A program made the position numbers and the translations under genes. Positions 12,262 through 23,852 of a stretch of 64,000 bases of DNA are shown piece after piece. The DNA comes from Anaerolineae bacterium (GTDB taxonomy: Bacteria > Chloroflexota > Anaerolineae > DUEN01), in contig JANXBS010000004.1 of assembly GCA_025060615.1 (NCBI GenBank), positions 5,400 to 69,399 of the forward strand, given 5' to 3'. Numbering within the stretch: the stretch's first letter is position 1; the number at the start of each line of letters is the position of its first letter. Below the pieces are notes generated by a model. The model was not told the DNA's origin, did not search any database, and saw only the letters and a list, made by a program, of their open reading frames with translations.

Positions 12262-13643
12262 GAACGCACCGTAACAGCGGAGCGAGCCGGCAGTCCCTTA
12301 CCGTATCGTATAGCTGCGCGCGCAGTCAACCCAAGAAAAGCCGCCATCCCTAACACGCGCCCGATACCGCTCAGTCCGAAGATCAACTTATAGCTTACGG
12401 TGTCGGCCAGATATCCCCCCAGTAGTGGCCCGATCACTGCGCTGACGAAGACAACCGTTTGATACAGGGCCACAGCAACCGGCCGCTGGTCATCCGGCGT
12501 GAGCTCCAACAACAGGTTGAAGTTAGACAGATTGTACCCCGCCCAGAGCAGGCCGCCGAAAGCATTGATCAGAAGCGGCTGCCAAGGGTTTGTCACGAAT
12601 AGCCACGCCAACGGTAGGCCAGGAATCAACAGGCCAGTGATCAACTGAACCCACAAGGCACCCTTTATGTCCAGCAAGCGGCCGAACACGCGTTGCCCTA
12701 CTAGGGAGAAGAAACTGCTGACACCTGCTAACAGGCCTACGATCGAGGTGGTACCATGCAGCTGGTTTACCAAGTACACGTTGAAGAAAGGGGCAGCGAT
12801 TTGAAGTGCCAGGTTCCAGATGAAGGCGCTAATCACAAAGCCAAGGAAACCAGGACTGGTCTGAATGGCTTGGCGTAAGCTTCCCCGCTGTCGCTTTTGG
12901 ATCTCTAAGGTTGGGCGAGAGGGCTCTGAGATTTGCAGAAACGAGAGTGTGCCCAAGATGCCGAAGAGGAAAGCCAAACCGAAGACCACTTGGTATCCTA
13001 GAAAAGGCAGGCCTTGCCAACCGTTAAAGGCCTTGATCAGCTGACCGGCGACTGGAGCTACAACGAGCGCCGCGAGGCCCATGGCCATGTTCCGGCTGCC
13101 AAAATAGCGTCCACGCATCCCACGGGGTACCAGATCTGCAACCAACGCCGTCCAAGCAGGGTTAGCAAAGTTACCCATGAATGCCCGCCAGGCGTTCAGG
13201 GCGATGATGGCCGCAATGGCTAGGGAGGGCTCCGTCACCAGGAAGGGAAGGCAGACAAATCCAAGCAGAGCCAGCCGATTAAACCAACCGCCTGTCCACA
13301 CTACGAGCGCTTTCCACTTCCCCAGCCATTCCGCGGTACGCGCGCCCGGGAAGAGCGCCACAGCCCCTATCAGGCTTCCGATGGCCGTTAAGAGGCCCAC
13401 CTGGCCATTGGTGGCACCATACGCCAAGGCAAAGAGAGTGATAAAGTTAACGTAGAAGTTGTCGCTGATAGCGCTAAAGAGCCCATCCAGCCAAAAGTAA
13501 CGCAGGCAGGACAACCTCTCCGGCGAAAGCGGTCCTTCGGCACAGCGCTCCAGGTGATGATCCAGAGCCCGAATCGCAGCGTGCCAGCTTGATTGGGATA
13601 GATGCGAATGCTCGGCCGGGGTCTCGGGAAAATGCATGTCCAT
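12258..13643 (-). CDS. MFS transporter
   Basis: 461 aa, ~12 predicted TM helices; stop overlaps mutY start by 4 nt. Confidence 0.75.
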
Positions 13644-13668
13644 CGCTATAACAGCCGGCTGCCGACTT

Positions 13669-16600
13669 TCATCTCGTCTGTGCTAGAAGCTCCAGCACGC
13701 GCAGGAGGTTTATCTGCCAATCCTCACGCATGGGCATCCACACGGCGCGCCGGGCCACGCGCCCGCGAGTGCCCAACCGCCTCTGTAGGGCCTCTCGGTC
13801 CATGTGTTCCAGCGCATCAGACCGCAGCACCAATTGACCCTCCTCGCGCGCAATGGCCTGGACCTGAGCGTTTACAGCTAGGATCTTCACACGCATCTGG
13901 TAAAGCAGGTTGCGCGCCTCAGGGGGAAGTGGACCGAAGCGGTCCGCCAACTCCTTCTCCATGTCATCCACCTGGTGAACTGAGGTCAGCCCGGCCATAC
14001 GACGGTATAGTTGCAAGCGAAGCGAGGCGTCTGGCACATAGCTCTCGGGCAGGGCTGCCGCCAACGGCAAATCGAGTGAAACGGTGGGGGCAATGGGATC
14101 GTCAAGCAAGGTTCGATGTCCGTCCGCACGTTCCTGGTTGAGGGCTGTTTCGTTACGGCTCATGCGTTCCCGGGCTTCCTGAACGGCCTGAGCCAACAGC
14201 CGACAGTATAGGTCGAACCCGATAGCCGCAATGTGACCATGTTGCCGAGTCCCTAACAGCTCACCGGCGCCGCGCAGCTCCAGATCCCGCATTGCCACCC
14301 GGAAGCCGGCCCCTAGCTCACTCGCCTCCACAATCGCCTCAAGTCGTCGCCGTGCCTCGGGTGTCAAGTCCTTGGCGCGGTCGTAGAGCAAGTATGCGTA
14401 AGCGCGAACGGCACCTCGCCCCACGCGGCCGCGTAGCTGATAGAGCTGAGCTAGGCCGAAATGGTCAGCCCTGTTAATAATGATGGTGTTAGCGTTAGGG
14501 ATATCTAGCCCGCTCTCGATGATATTGGTACAGACCAGCACATCTACTTCTCCATTGGCGAAGCGCCACATCACCTCTTCCAGCTCCTTCTCAGGCATCT
14601 GTCCATGAGCGATGGCGAAGCGCGCTTCGGGCACCAACTTCTCCAGGCGACGGGCGATCTGGGCGATCCCCTGCACGCGGTTATGCACAAAGAAAACCTG
14701 GCCGCCCCGGTCCAGCTCGCGCAGGATGGCCTGACGGATCAGCGTCTCATCGTATTCTGCCATCATCGTTCGGATGGGCTGACGTCCCTCCGGCGGTGTA
14801 TCAATCGTGCTAAGATCGCGTACACCCGTTAGGGACATGTGCAGGGTGCGCGGGATGGGGGTAGCAGTCAGAGTAAGGACGTCCACCTCAGTGCGAAGCT
14901 GCTTCAGCCGCTCCTTATGAACTACGCCAAAACGCTGCTCCTCGTCCACGATGACCAGCCCCAGGTCCTTGAAACGAACATCTTTGGAGAGCAGGCGATG
15001 TGTGCCGATGACAATGTCCACCGAGCCCTTGGCCAGCCCTTCCAGCACCTTCTGCTGCTCGGCGCGCGATCGAAAACGAGAAAGCATCTCCACATTGACG
15101 GGGAATGGCCGCAGCCGCTCGACGAAAGTCTGATAGTGTTGCTGAGCGAGCACGGTAGTAGGCACCAACACGGCCACCTGTTTGCCATCCATCACCGCCT
15201 TAAACGCCGCACGTAGAGCCACCTCCGTTTTCCCATAGCCTACATCGCCACAGATCAGCCGATCCATGGGACGCGGCTGTTCCATATCGTGCTTGACCGC
15301 CTCGATGGCCAGGAGCTGATCCTCTGTCTCCACGTAAGGGAAAGAGGCCTCCAGCTCCTGTTGCCAGGCGCTGTCTTCGCTGAAAGCGTGACCAGGGACC
15401 AACTCGCGTTGTGCGTAGAGTCTTAACAGCTCTTCGGCAATGTCTTCCACGGCCTTCTTGGCGCGCTGCTTGACTACATTCCAGTCGGCCGTACCCAGCC
15501 GGTTTAGGATGGGGGGTGTGTCAGCTGCTCCGACGTAACGGCTGAGTCGGTCAGCCTGATGCACGGGCACGTATAGCCGATCTCCCTGAGCATAATCCAC
15601 CTGCAGGTACTCGCGCAGAGTGCCATCCACCTCCATCTTGACCAAGCCGCGGAAGATACCGATGCCGTGTTCCATGTGCACTACGTAATCGCCTGGTTGT
15701 ACATCGGCGAAGAAAGCCTCAGGTGCAACAGCCCGGGTACGCGTGACGCGGCGCAGGTGCGGCTTGCTCCATCCGAACAGTTCAGCATCGGTCAGGAGCG
15801 ACAGCAGAGGAACGAAAGGCTCCGGCTCAGGGCTGTAGCCATCTCCATCAGTCTGGGCCCGTTCTGGTCGGAGCAGCCAGCCCTCGGGCAACTGGCCAGG
15901 GACGATAATAATGCTGTTAGACGACGGCGGCTCCCTTATATGATCACAGGTTGTGACAGGCACACTCATCTCGCCGAATAGCTCGGTCAGCCGTGCCGCC
16001 TGACGCGTGATCAGGACTAGACGTCCACCTGCTCGTCGCTGGGCTTCTAACTCTTCGACGATCTGACGCATTCGCCCGCCGTATCGCGGCCCAGAGGCGA
16101 AGGCGCGCGCTAACGAAGACGAGCAGACGGCCGGGCGTCCGTCGAGCCCTCCGTAACCTAGGATGATCGGAGAGCGCGCCTCGATCAGCGGCAGCAATTG
16201 TGTCCATTGAAAATAAGGCGGGAGGGCGTTCTCGGGTAGCTCGCCGGTGGCCGTAAGATCGCGACGCAATCGCTCAGCCTGTCCTTCTAGGTCCATCCCT
16301 GTCGAGATGATCTCGGCGGCATCGTCCAAGATCAACAGAGCCTCGACCGGAAGGTGGTGCAAAGGCGAGGCGGGGTGCGTGTACAGGTAAGGTAGATACC
16401 ACTCGATGCCACGACAGGAAACACCAGCTACTAGTTGGTCTATCTCTTGTTCATATTCCGCGCGCGCCGGTGGATGACAAGGGCTTAAATCGAGCGCGGC
16501 GAGCCGCTCGCGAGCTGTCGGTCCCAACCGAGGCAGCGCCTCTGTAGCTGGGCCGATCAGGATTGCGTCCAGATGGGCTTGAGTGCGTTGAGTCGAGGGG

Positions 16601-17334
16601 TCGAACGAGCGCAGGCTGTCCACCTCATCGCCGAACAGCTCCAGGCGAGCCGGCGCGGGCAAGTTGGGCGGCCAGATGTCCACGATGCCGCCACGCCGAC
16701 TAAAGGTGCCTGGCTCTTCCACGAGAGCAACGGATCGGTAGCCCAAGCCCACCCAGGCCTCCAGAAGCCCATTCAAGTCCACGCGCTGGCCGCGACGAAG
16801 CACGCGTAGAGCAGATCGCAGCTCGCGAACGGGGATGGTCATCTGCATGAGGGCGCGAGCGGAGGCCACTACGACAGGAGGAGCTGAGCTATCCCTGGCG
16901 ACCTGGAGTCCAGGCAACTGTGCCTGGGCGAGAGCAATCAACGCGGCCATGCGCATCTGCCGCGTCTCGCGCGACCAGGGCACGCGCTCATACGGTAACG
17001 CATCCGGGTCAGCCAGCAAGAACACCACCTCAGGATGAGGCAACCAAGCGCGTAACTGTTCAGCATATAGGATTGATAGGTCCATGCGGGCGGTTATCAC
17101 CAGCGCTGGCCGCGCCAGCCGATTTACCATCGCAGCGCACACGTATGCCCGCGCGCTCGTCGGGATAGACAGCGGTATCGGGAAGGCCTTGCCTGCTTGA
17201 ATGCCTTCCAATAGATCAGCAAAAGGCTCGATGTGTCCCAGAAAATCCAACAACCCGCTCAGGTTCATGGTTCGCTCTACTGACGAAGGACGAACCATCC
17301 CTACCAAGGGTTCCCTCGGTCCTTCGTCGGCCAT
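13669..17334 (-). CDS. mfd: Transcription-repair coupling factor
   Basis: 1221 aa; UvrB-like N-terminus, RNAP-interaction domain, DEAD/DEEQ helicase motifs ([21 protein letters not shown]), TRCF C-terminus. Start uncertain (17334, 17298 or 17268). Confidence 0.9.
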   Translation of the reverse strand: MADEGPREPLVGMVRPSSVERTMNLSGLLDFLGHIEPFADLLEGIQAGKAFPIPLSIPTSARAYVCAAMVNRLARPALVITARMDLSILYAEQLRAWLPHPEVVFLLADPDALPYERVPWSRETRQMRMAALIALAQAQLPGLQVARDSSAPPVVVASARALMQMTIPVRELRSALRVLRRGQRVDLNGLLEAWVGLGYRSVALVEEPGTFSRRGGIVDIWPPNLPAPARLELFGDEVDSLRSFDPSTQRTQAHLDAILIGPATEALPRLGPTARERLAALDLSPCHPPARAEYEQEIDQLVAGVSCRGIEWYLPYLYTHPASPLHHLPVEALLILDDAAEIISTGMDLEGQAERLRRDLTATGELPENALPPYFQWTQLLPLIEARSPIILGYGGLDGRPAVCSSSLARAFASGPRYGGRMRQIVEELEAQRRAGGRLVLITRQAARLTELFGEMSVPVTTCDHIREPPSSNSIIIVPGQLPEGWLLRPERAQTDGDGYSPEPEPFVPLLSLLTDAELFGWSKPHLRRVTRTRAVAPEAFFADVQPGDYVVHMEHGIGIFRGLVKMEVDGTLREYLQVDYAQGDRLYVPVHQADRLSRYVGAADTPPILNRLGTADWNVVKQRAKKAVEDIAEELLRLYAQRELVPGHAFSEDSAWQQELEASFPYVETEDQLLAIEAVKHDMEQPRPMDRLICGDVGYGKTEVALRAAFKAVMDGKQVAVLVPTTVLAQQHYQTFVERLRPFPVNVEMLSRFRSRAEQQKVLEGLAKGSVDIVIGTHRLLSKDVRFKDLGLVIVDEEQRFGVVHKERLKQLRTEVDVLTLTATPIPRTLHMSLTGVRDLSTIDTPPEGRQPIRTMMAEYDETLIRQAILRELDRGGQVFFVHNRVQGIAQIARRLEKLVPEARFAIAHGQMPEKELEEVMWRFANGEVDVLVCTNIIESGLDIPNANTIIINRADHFGLAQLYQLRGRVGRGAVRAYAYLLYDRAKDLTPEARRRLEAIVEASELGAGFRVAMRDLELRGAGELLGTRQHGHIAAIGFDLYCRLLAQAVQEARERMSRNETALNQERADGHRTLLDDPIAPTVSLDLPLAAALPESYVPDASLRLQLYRRMAGLTSVHQVDDMEKELADRFGPLPPEARNLLYQMRVKILAVNAQVQAIAREEGQLVLRSDALEHMDREALQRRLGTRGRVARRAVWMPMREDWQINLLRVLELLAQTR

Positions 17335-17340
17335 TTGCGT

Positions 17341-17913
17341 CTATCTGGGAGGCGACCCGTTCGAGTTGAATTCGTTCATCGCCTCGACGATCCCGACCTC
17401 TAGCCAGCGCTCAATTGCCCTTACAGCGCGCTCACGCGCTTGCACCATGATTTCCTCTTGCTCTGGTGAAAAGTCCTGTAACACGTAATCTGCTGGATCC
17501 ATGGAGCCGATAGGCCGACCAATGCCGATGCGCAACCGTGGGAATGCCTGAGTCCCTAAATGCTGGATGAGCGACTTGACGCCGTTGTGCCCCCCAGAGC
17601 TACCTTTGGGGCGCAACCGGATCTTCCCCAAGGGCAGATCAAGGTCATCATAGATGACCAACATATCCTCCGGAGCCACCTGATGGAAACGGGCAACCGC
17701 GGCCACAGCCGGCCCTACCGCGTTCATGAAGGTCATCGGCTTTACCAGGATCACACAGTGAGATCTGATCTGCCCCAGCGCGAGGGATGCTTGATGGTAT
17801 CGCCGGTCAAAGGAGAGCCCATGGGTTCTCGCCAGCAGATCTACACACTGGAACCCTATGTTGTGGCGATGACGCTCGTAATTGGGACCGGGATTCCCCA
17901 ATCCCACAACCAT
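17341..17913 (-). CDS. pth: Peptidyl-tRNA hydrolase
   Basis: MVVGLGNPG...HNGVKS motifs; ATG at 17913 (alternative upstream ATG 17958); pth-mfd arrangement is common. Confidence 0.9.
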   Translation of the reverse strand: MVVGLGNPGPNYERHRHNIGFQCVDLLARTHGLSFDRRYHQASLALGQIRSHCVILVKPMTFMNAVGPAVAAVARFHQVAPEDMLVIYDDLDLPLGKIRLRPKGSSGGHNGVKSLIQHLGTQAFPRLRIGIGRPIGSMDPADYVLQDFSPEQEEIMVQARERAVRAIERWLEVGIVEAMNEFNSNGSPPR

Positions 17914-17980
17914 TTTCACAGACTCACGCTGGTTGGCGATCTCGGTCAACTCGTCCATTGGTCTTCAGATGGACGGCAAC

Positions 17981-18014
17981 ACAAAAGAGGGCTAATCGTA
18001 GCGACCAGCCCCTC
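17981..18014 (-). terminator. Hairpin GAGGGGCT...AGCCCTC followed by TTTTGTGTT on the minus strand, downstream of the 18073..18846 gene
   Basis: Seen in sequence. Confidence 0.4.
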
Positions 18015-18072
18015 ACATATCGCCCACTTCTGGTTAAACTTGGCTTTTCGACCTCGTTAAGCTAAACGAAGA

Positions 18073-18846
18073 TCAATGGTGATTCCGTCCAACTTTGAGC
18101 TGCTTCCAGACCCATCCCATTAGCCATTTCAAGCCGAAAAGCATTCCGACTGCGGCGAAGACGATTAGCGTCCAACGAGCGCCGCTCCAGAACGCCCGCG
18201 CCAACCCCTGTGGGCTGAGCACCTCAGGCAGGGCAGGGAGCGCACGCACAGCAGCCGGCTGAGAAGTTCTTTCCCCTGCCAGTGCAATAGGGGTGGCCGC
18301 CGGCTCGGGCGTACCTGTGTCCACTGCTTCGGGTGTTTGCATGTCAATCACAGGCGCAATCACCACGACGGTCGGCGTCGGGGGCAACGGCGTAGGCGTC
18401 ATGGTAGGCGTGGGCGTTTCAATAGGCGTGGGGGTCTCGGTGGGCTGGGCATTGGCGACTTGCAGCCCACGTACGATGTACTCGTCATAGTTGTAATCTT
18501 GTCGCACCACCCGCAGCCGTAAGCTGTACACTCCATCGGGAAGGCCACCTGTCTCCCACGTGCCCAGGAAACCGTTGGCCACCTGATTGGTATGAGCCTC
18601 TCCAATGAACACCCAGGTGTCATCACGTGCGGGCTCCGGACTGTAGTACAGCTCGTAACGCAGGAAATTCGGATGGACGGCTGTCCCTTCAATCGTTACG
18701 CGGCCCCGCACGGTGCTAAACGGCTGAGGCGAGGTGATGACCGCCTGCTGGGCGAGCGGCGCAGCCACAACCGACCAGGCGGACATAACTATCAAGGCCC
18801 CGATGATTAACAAATAATCTACTAAACGCACCAGGTCAGGTCTCAT
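18073..18846 (-). CDS. Bitopic/membrane-anchored hypothetical protein with central beta-rich domain, Thr/Pro linker and C-terminal TM helix
   Basis: ATG at 18846 (MRPDLVRLVDYLLIIG TM segment) with AGGAA RBS; TETPTPIETPTPTMTPTPLPPTPT linker; second TM near the C-terminus. Confidence 0.5.
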   Translation of the reverse strand: MRPDLVRLVDYLLIIGALIVMSAWSVVAAPLAQQAVITSPQPFSTVRGRVTIEGTAVHPNFLRYELYYSPEPARDDTWVFIGEAHTNQVANGFLGTWETGGLPDGVYSLRLRVVRQDYNYDEYIVRGLQVANAQPTETPTPIETPTPTMTPTPLPPTPTVVVIAPVIDMQTPEAVDTGTPEPAATPIALAGERTSQPAAVRALPALPEVLSPQGLARAFWSGARWTLIVFAAVGMLFGLKWLMGWVWKQLKVGRNHH

Positions 18847-18987
18847 ATGCTTAGGATTCCTGGCGCTTTGCCCACCGCACCGGAGAGGCACTACTATGCG
18901 GTTGACAGAGCATTCAGCTTTTACAAGCCTAGGGCACCCAAATAGTTTAACATACACCCACTGCGACTGCCAAACGGGCCACTAGCT

Positions 18988-20328
18988 TCAGTAAATCGCT
19001 AAGTACCGATCTAACTCCCATCGGCTGACAGAGACTCGATATTCTTCCCACTCTAATCGTTTCGCCTCTATGTATCGTTCATACACATGGCTGCCTAGGG
19101 CTGCTTGGATGACCTCATCTGCTTCGAGCGCATTCAGCGCTTCGTCTAATGAACGTGGCATCATTTGCAGCCGGCTGCGGGCGCTGCCGATCTCATACAG
19201 GTTTTCCTCCGCCGGGGGAGGTGGCTCCATTTGGTTGCGAATGCCATCCAGGCCAGCCGCCAGCATGACAGCAAAGGCTAGATATGGATTTGCCGATGGA
19301 TCGGGGCATCGCAGCTCGATGCGCGTTGACTCTGGACGGTCAGGATGGACGCGCGGAATGCGGATCAGGGCTGAGCGGTTGATCCTGGCCCAAGAAATGT
19401 AGACCGGCGCCTCGTATCCCGGCACTAAGCGTTTGTAGGAGTTAACCAGCGGCGCGATCACCGCCGACATGCCTCGTGCGTGCGCCAACTGGCCGGCGAT
19501 GAACTGCTTGGCGATGGTGGAAAGCCCATACTCATCGTTGGGGTCAGCAAAGGCGTTCTTTCCAGTGTCTTTGTAGGTGAGGCTCTGATGCGTGTGCATC
19601 CCTGACCCAGCGATGCCGGCGACCGGCTTGGGCATAAACGTGCAGTACAGCCCATTGCGCTGAGCAATAGCTTTCAGGGTCACCCGTAAAGTGACGGCGT
19701 TGTCGGCTGTGGTCACGGCTGGGCCGTACCGGAAGTCGATCTCGTGCTGGCCTACGGCCACCTCATGATGTGCTGCCTCGACGGCGATGCCGAAGCCGTT
19801 CAGCGCCTTCACCATTTGACGGCGCACGTTGTGAGCCAGGTCTGTGGAGACATCAAAGTAACCAGCCAGGTCGTGGGGATTGGTAGTGGGGTTACCATCT
19901 GGGCCAGGGCGAAACAGGAAGAACTCCAGCTCTGGGCCAGTGTGATAGACGAAGCCCATCTCCTCCGCCTCTGCGACCACGCGCTTCAGGACGTAACGCG
20001 GGTCGCCGGCAAACGGCTCGCCCTTGGGAGTGTACACGTCACAGATACAACGGGCGGTGACCAGACCTTCTGACTCCCACGGGATCACAGCGAAAGTGCT
20101 CAAGTCGGGCACCAGGTACATGTCGCTCTCGGCAATGCGCGCAAACCCCTCAATAGACGAGCCGTCAAACCAGATGCCATAGTCTACAGCGATCTTCCAC
20201 TCGCTGACTGGGATCGTCACTTGCTTGACGATGCCCACGATGTCCGTGAACTGGAGATTGATGAACTGGACGCCTGCTCTGGCGATGATCTCTTCGACGC
20301 GTTCGATCTCTGCGCGATCGCGCTTCAT
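18988..20328 (-). CDS. glnA: Glutamine synthetase, type I
   Basis: 446 aa with GS signature regions (FDGSSIEGF, KPVAGIAGSGMHTHQS, NSYKRLVPGYEAP). Confidence 0.9.
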   Translation of the reverse strand: MKRDRAEIERVEEIIARAGVQFINLQFTDIVGIVKQVTIPVSEWKIAVDYGIWFDGSSIEGFARIAESDMYLVPDLSTFAVIPWESEGLVTARCICDVYTPKGEPFAGDPRYVLKRVVAEAEEMGFVYHTGPELEFFLFRPGPDGNPTTNPHDLAGYFDVSTDLAHNVRRQMVKALNGFGIAVEAAHHEVAVGQHEIDFRYGPAVTTADNAVTLRVTLKAIAQRNGLYCTFMPKPVAGIAGSGMHTHQSLTYKDTGKNAFADPNDEYGLSTIAKQFIAGQLAHARGMSAVIAPLVNSYKRLVPGYEAPVYISWARINRSALIRIPRVHPDRPESTRIELRCPDPSANPYLAFAVMLAAGLDGIRNQMEPPPPAEENLYEIGSARSRLQMMPRSLDEALNALEADEVIQAALGSHVYERYIEAKRLEWEEYRVSVSRWELDRYLAIY

Positions 20329-20588
20329 TTCGTCCTTCCCTCCCGATGTCCGTTATAAGCCTTCATTCTGATCTAGGCCCTCTCTCCTGCCTATGCCTGG
20401 CCTCACCAAAGATGGAAAGCCGAAATGGGCAGGGAAAGGGCTTGAAAAGGGTTTTTTCCCTAGAGGGGCGAACACCCCTCCAGACCTCCCCTGTTCTTGC
20501 AGAGGTACCGGCACGGTCGGTAGGTTGAAAAATCTATCCAGGTGAGACATCCCTAGCTCTTCCCAGCAGCAGGAATAGGATCAGTAGC

Positions 20589-22172
20589 CTACAGAAGTTG
20601 TCTTACCTTCAAGGCCAATTGGAGGCGCAGGCGCGTCTCTGAATCCTCTAGGTCAACGCCCAGGATGGACGCGATCCGCTCCAGACGATAGATCAGGGTA
20701 TTACGATGCAGATGCATGATCTCAGCTGTGCGGCTGAGGTTGCCTAACTGGCTGAAATAGACCTCAAGCGTGTACATGAGATCGGTACCCTGTCGACGAT
20801 CGTACTCCTCCAGTACGCCAAGGTTCTCCTGATAAAACGTTTGCAGCACCGGCGAGCGTTCCAGAGGCAACAAGAGCCGATAAACCCCCAATTCGGCTGC
20901 GTCTACGAGCCGGCTGCCCCCGGTAGACGCTAGCCGCCGCCCCAGCGACCAGGCCTGTTCGGCCTCGTCTGCAGCCTCTTTCATTTCGGAGAGCCTCTCT
21001 ACGGGCCGGCTGAGTGCGGCCACCAGCGCGGTTTGAGCGAACTGCCGCTCTAGCGCTTCCAACACCGCACGGGCCAGTCGGCGTCCTGCCTGCGCCGAGG
21101 CCTCACTCGGCACGGGGTAGATGGCGATCACTGGGGCTGGCGCGTGGAGACGCACAGCGACAAAGCCGGCCACCTTCCGCTGCGACAGCTCGTCTTGGAC
21201 GCGTCGAGCCAGATAGCTTGGATCGGGCCCATCGTCACCAGCTACACCTAGCACCAGCACCACCTGAGGTGGCGATGGATCATAGTTAAAAGCTCGCGCT
21301 CGGCGCATCAGGACACTGATATCAAGGTTCTGACCGTTGAGCAACTCTTCGAGAAAGCGGATCCGCTGTTGTACCTCCATGCCGGTGACGGCCCGTTCCT
21401 TGGCCAGCTCCAATGCGCAGACCAACGCCCCTTCCTCTGCGATGATGTGATCGCTGACGTCGAAAGCTCCGGTGAGCCCTATTAGCGAGAGGTAGCCACT
21501 AAGGGTCCCTTCCACCCGGATCGGGAATGCTAGCCGGCTGGCCTCGCCCCCGCCGATCGGCAGAAGACGGGGGCTGTTGAGCCCCTGCACCTCCTCGCCG
21601 TGCAAAGGCCACATGGGGCCGGAGCCAGCCGCCTGACCCAGGATGCGCAACATGGCGTCCTGGATCACTACCGCCTTCTGGCTGGCGCGCGCCAAGGCGC
21701 GCGCCAGGGCATCCCATCCCCGGTTGGCCATCACGACCTCAGCCAACTGATGGGCGACCTGGGCTCGATAACGTCCCAAGGCCGCCTCTCGATCCACGAT
21801 AAGGCGGATAACGGCCCGCTCCACCGAGTTAGCATTCGTCCCTTCCGGCAAAGCAAACAGCGGCATACCGACCTGTACTGCCGTTTCTACCGCCTCCTGG
21901 TTGACTGGGCCGATGACAGCGATTGCAGACACGCTCGCCTCATGCAGGCCGCGAATCACCCGCTCTAGAGAAAGGCCCTCCAGGTATCGTAAGTCCTCGA
22001 CGTTGATCAAGGCCAACTCCTGGCCTTCTAGGCGCGGAAAGGCGGGAGGGCTGGGGCGCATCACACATGTCCAGAGGACGCGACGGCCTAAAGAGGTGTG
22101 TCCCGCCAAAAGCCTCGTCCCCTCTGGCAACGCTAGCCGCCAGACCTCCCCAACAGTTATCTGGCCCGACAT
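20589..22172 (-). CDS. PucR/CdaR-family transcriptional regulator
   Basis: 527 aa; C-terminal PucR-type HTH (LSRTAEIMHLHRNTLIYRLERI); immediately upstream of glnA on the same strand. Confidence 0.7.
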   Translation of the reverse strand: MSGQITVGEVWRLALPEGTRLLAGHTSLGRRVLWTCVMRPSPPAFPRLEGQELALINVEDLRYLEGLSLERVIRGLHEASVSAIAVIGPVNQEAVETAVQVGMPLFALPEGTNANSVERAVIRLIVDREAALGRYRAQVAHQLAEVVMANRGWDALARALARASQKAVVIQDAMLRILGQAAGSGPMWPLHGEEVQGLNSPRLLPIGGGEASRLAFPIRVEGTLSGYLSLIGLTGAFDVSDHIIAEEGALVCALELAKERAVTGMEVQQRIRFLEELLNGQNLDISVLMRRARAFNYDPSPPQVVLVLGVAGDDGPDPSYLARRVQDELSQRKVAGFVAVRLHAPAPVIAIYPVPSEASAQAGRRLARAVLEALERQFAQTALVAALSRPVERLSEMKEAADEAEQAWSLGRRLASTGGSRLVDAAELGVYRLLLPLERSPVLQTFYQENLGVLEEYDRRQGTDLMYTLEVYFSQLGNLSRTAEIMHLHRNTLIYRLERIASILGVDLEDSETRLRLQLALKVRQLL

Positions 22173-22277
22173 TATCTCTCCAGTCCACCCCTTAGGAAGG
22201 GGCCTGAAAGGCTTTGATCAGCTCTTTCTGCGCTAGATCAGTAATGAAGCTTACTCCTAGCGAAGACCGTCTAAGCG

Positions 22278-22307
22278 AAAGCCGGGGGCTTGTTTTCGCC
22301 CCCGGCT
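22278..22307 (-). terminator. Perfect 11-bp hairpin AAGCCGGGGGC/GCCCCCGGCTT with 8-nt loop downstream of the 22399..22881 gene; weak U-tract
   Basis: Seen in sequence. Confidence 0.35.
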
Positions 22308-22398
22308 TCGCATCCCCGCGAACACCTACGGCTATCTATTTAATTATAGCTGAAGGCTAGCCCACATGACAAGCCTTCATTACTTTACTTTAACTTTA

Positions 22399-22881
22399 CT
22401 ACGCTTCATCCTCCTCAGGCAGCTCATCCCAATGCCCAATCACCCAACCGCTCGGCGCGACAATGATCGCCTCATCCTCGTCGGTAGCGAACACCAGAAC
22501 CAGCCCGTCTTCCTCATCAGTGGTCACCTCACTGAGGATCGCCCCATGCTCCGTGATCTCCCCCAACGCGCTGGCGATCTCATCGAGCCCTGTCAGCGGC
22601 TCATCGTTGACATCACGGTAAACGGTGGCAGCATATACTTCCAGCAGATTTTGATCCTCCAGGTACAGATCAAAATCCACAAAGACGCGCTCTTCCTCGG
22701 GGACTTCTTCCCCTAGCTCTTCGTCAGCAATTGAATCCGACCATAAGGCCAGCCCCTGGACCATTTTTCCCTCGAGTTCCTGAAGCTGAGCCAACATAAC
22801 CGGATCCAGCTCGGTCTGGATGGCATATTCTCCGTTCGGCCGCCAATGGCCACGCCCATTGCTGTTGTGGATATCACTCAT
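22399..22881 (-). CDS. Acidic hypothetical protein (pI very low, Asp/Glu-rich)
   Basis: 160-aa ORF overlapping the GNAT gene stop by 4 nt; no recognisable motif. Confidence 0.45.
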   Translation of the reverse strand: MSDIHNSNGRGHWRPNGEYAIQTELDPVMLAQLQELEGKMVQGLALWSDSIADEELGEEVPEEERVFVDFDLYLEDQNLLEVYAATVYRDVNDEPLTGLDEIASALGEITEHGAILSEVTTDEEDGLVLVFATDEDEAIIVAPSGWVIGHWDELPEEDEA

Positions 22882-23852
22882 GGGTGTTTCGCCTCCTCTA
22901 CAGCGTCCTTGCGTTGGTGGCTTAGTTTACAGCGGTACCAGTGCAATTGCCCGATCTCGACAAACCCCAGTGCGTCGTAGAGGTGTCGCGCCTCTGCGTT
23001 TTCGGTGTCCACCGTGAGCTCGATGACTCGACACCCTCGCTCCCACAGATAGTTCATGGCCGCTAACAATAGCGCTCGACCCACCCCATAGCCCCGATAG
23101 GCGGGCAATACAGCGACATCCTCGATGCGCCCTATCGGCGTCCCTATGGGTGTTTGCTCTCGTGAGCTGCAGCGAGCTAGCGCTTGCCCTATCAATTTAC
23201 CACTGATCTCTGCAAACCACAATCCAGCAGGGTCGAAATCCGGGCGGCTGGTGATGGCGACCACATCGGCCATGGTCAGCGGGGCAGCGCCCCAATGCCC
23301 TGAAAAGGCGGTCGCGTCCAACTCGATCCAGGCTGCTGCGTCTTCCTGGCCTCGGTAGGTGCGCAATCGCACACCAGTTGGTGGATTTGATGGTGGCGGT
23401 GGGTGATGTCCTACCCATACCATCTCCCACCAACGACGAGCCAGCCGACAACCAGCACTGGTTAGCAACGCGACTGCTGCCGTGATACGCGGCACCACGG
23501 GCACATCTAAACACCAGGCTCCTTTTTCCTTCGCCAATGCGATCAGCCGGCGCAGCAACTGATGCCCGATGCCGCGCCTGCGAAAGCGGGGATGCACTGT
23601 CACTCCACCGATGGCGCGTCCATCGCTTTGCAGCCACAAGTCCGCATAGCCCACCAACTGTTGGCCTAGCCAGCCCAGCAGCACATGGTCATACCCGTAG
23701 CCGGGCGAACGCAACTTGACTAGCGCCTCTTCGACCGTCGTGGCGCGGCCCAGTTCGTCCACCGCATCAGCGGCGTTGATCAAGGCCACCCAGGCCTTGA
23801 TCTCTTCGGGACGAAGAGGTCGGATGTGAACCGACAGTGAGCGCTGGCTCAT
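22878..23852 (-). CDS. Tandem-GNAT N-acetyltransferase (MshD-like architecture)
   Basis: Two acetyl-CoA-binding motif repeats (RRRGIGHQLL and RGYGVGRALL), 324 aa; overlaps neighbours by 4 nt on each side. Confidence 0.7.
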   Translation of the reverse strand: MSQRSLSVHIRPLRPEEIKAWVALINAADAVDELGRATTVEEALVKLRSPGYGYDHVLLGWLGQQLVGYADLWLQSDGRAIGGVTVHPRFRRRGIGHQLLRRLIALAKEKGAWCLDVPVVPRITAAVALLTSAGCRLARRWWEMVWVGHHPPPPSNPPTGVRLRTYRGQEDAAAWIELDATAFSGHWGAAPLTMADVVAITSRPDFDPAGLWFAEISGKLIGQALARCSSREQTPIGTPIGRIEDVAVLPAYRGYGVGRALLLAAMNYLWERGCRVIELTVDTENAEARHLYDALGFVEIGQLHWYRCKLSHQRKDAVEEAKHP

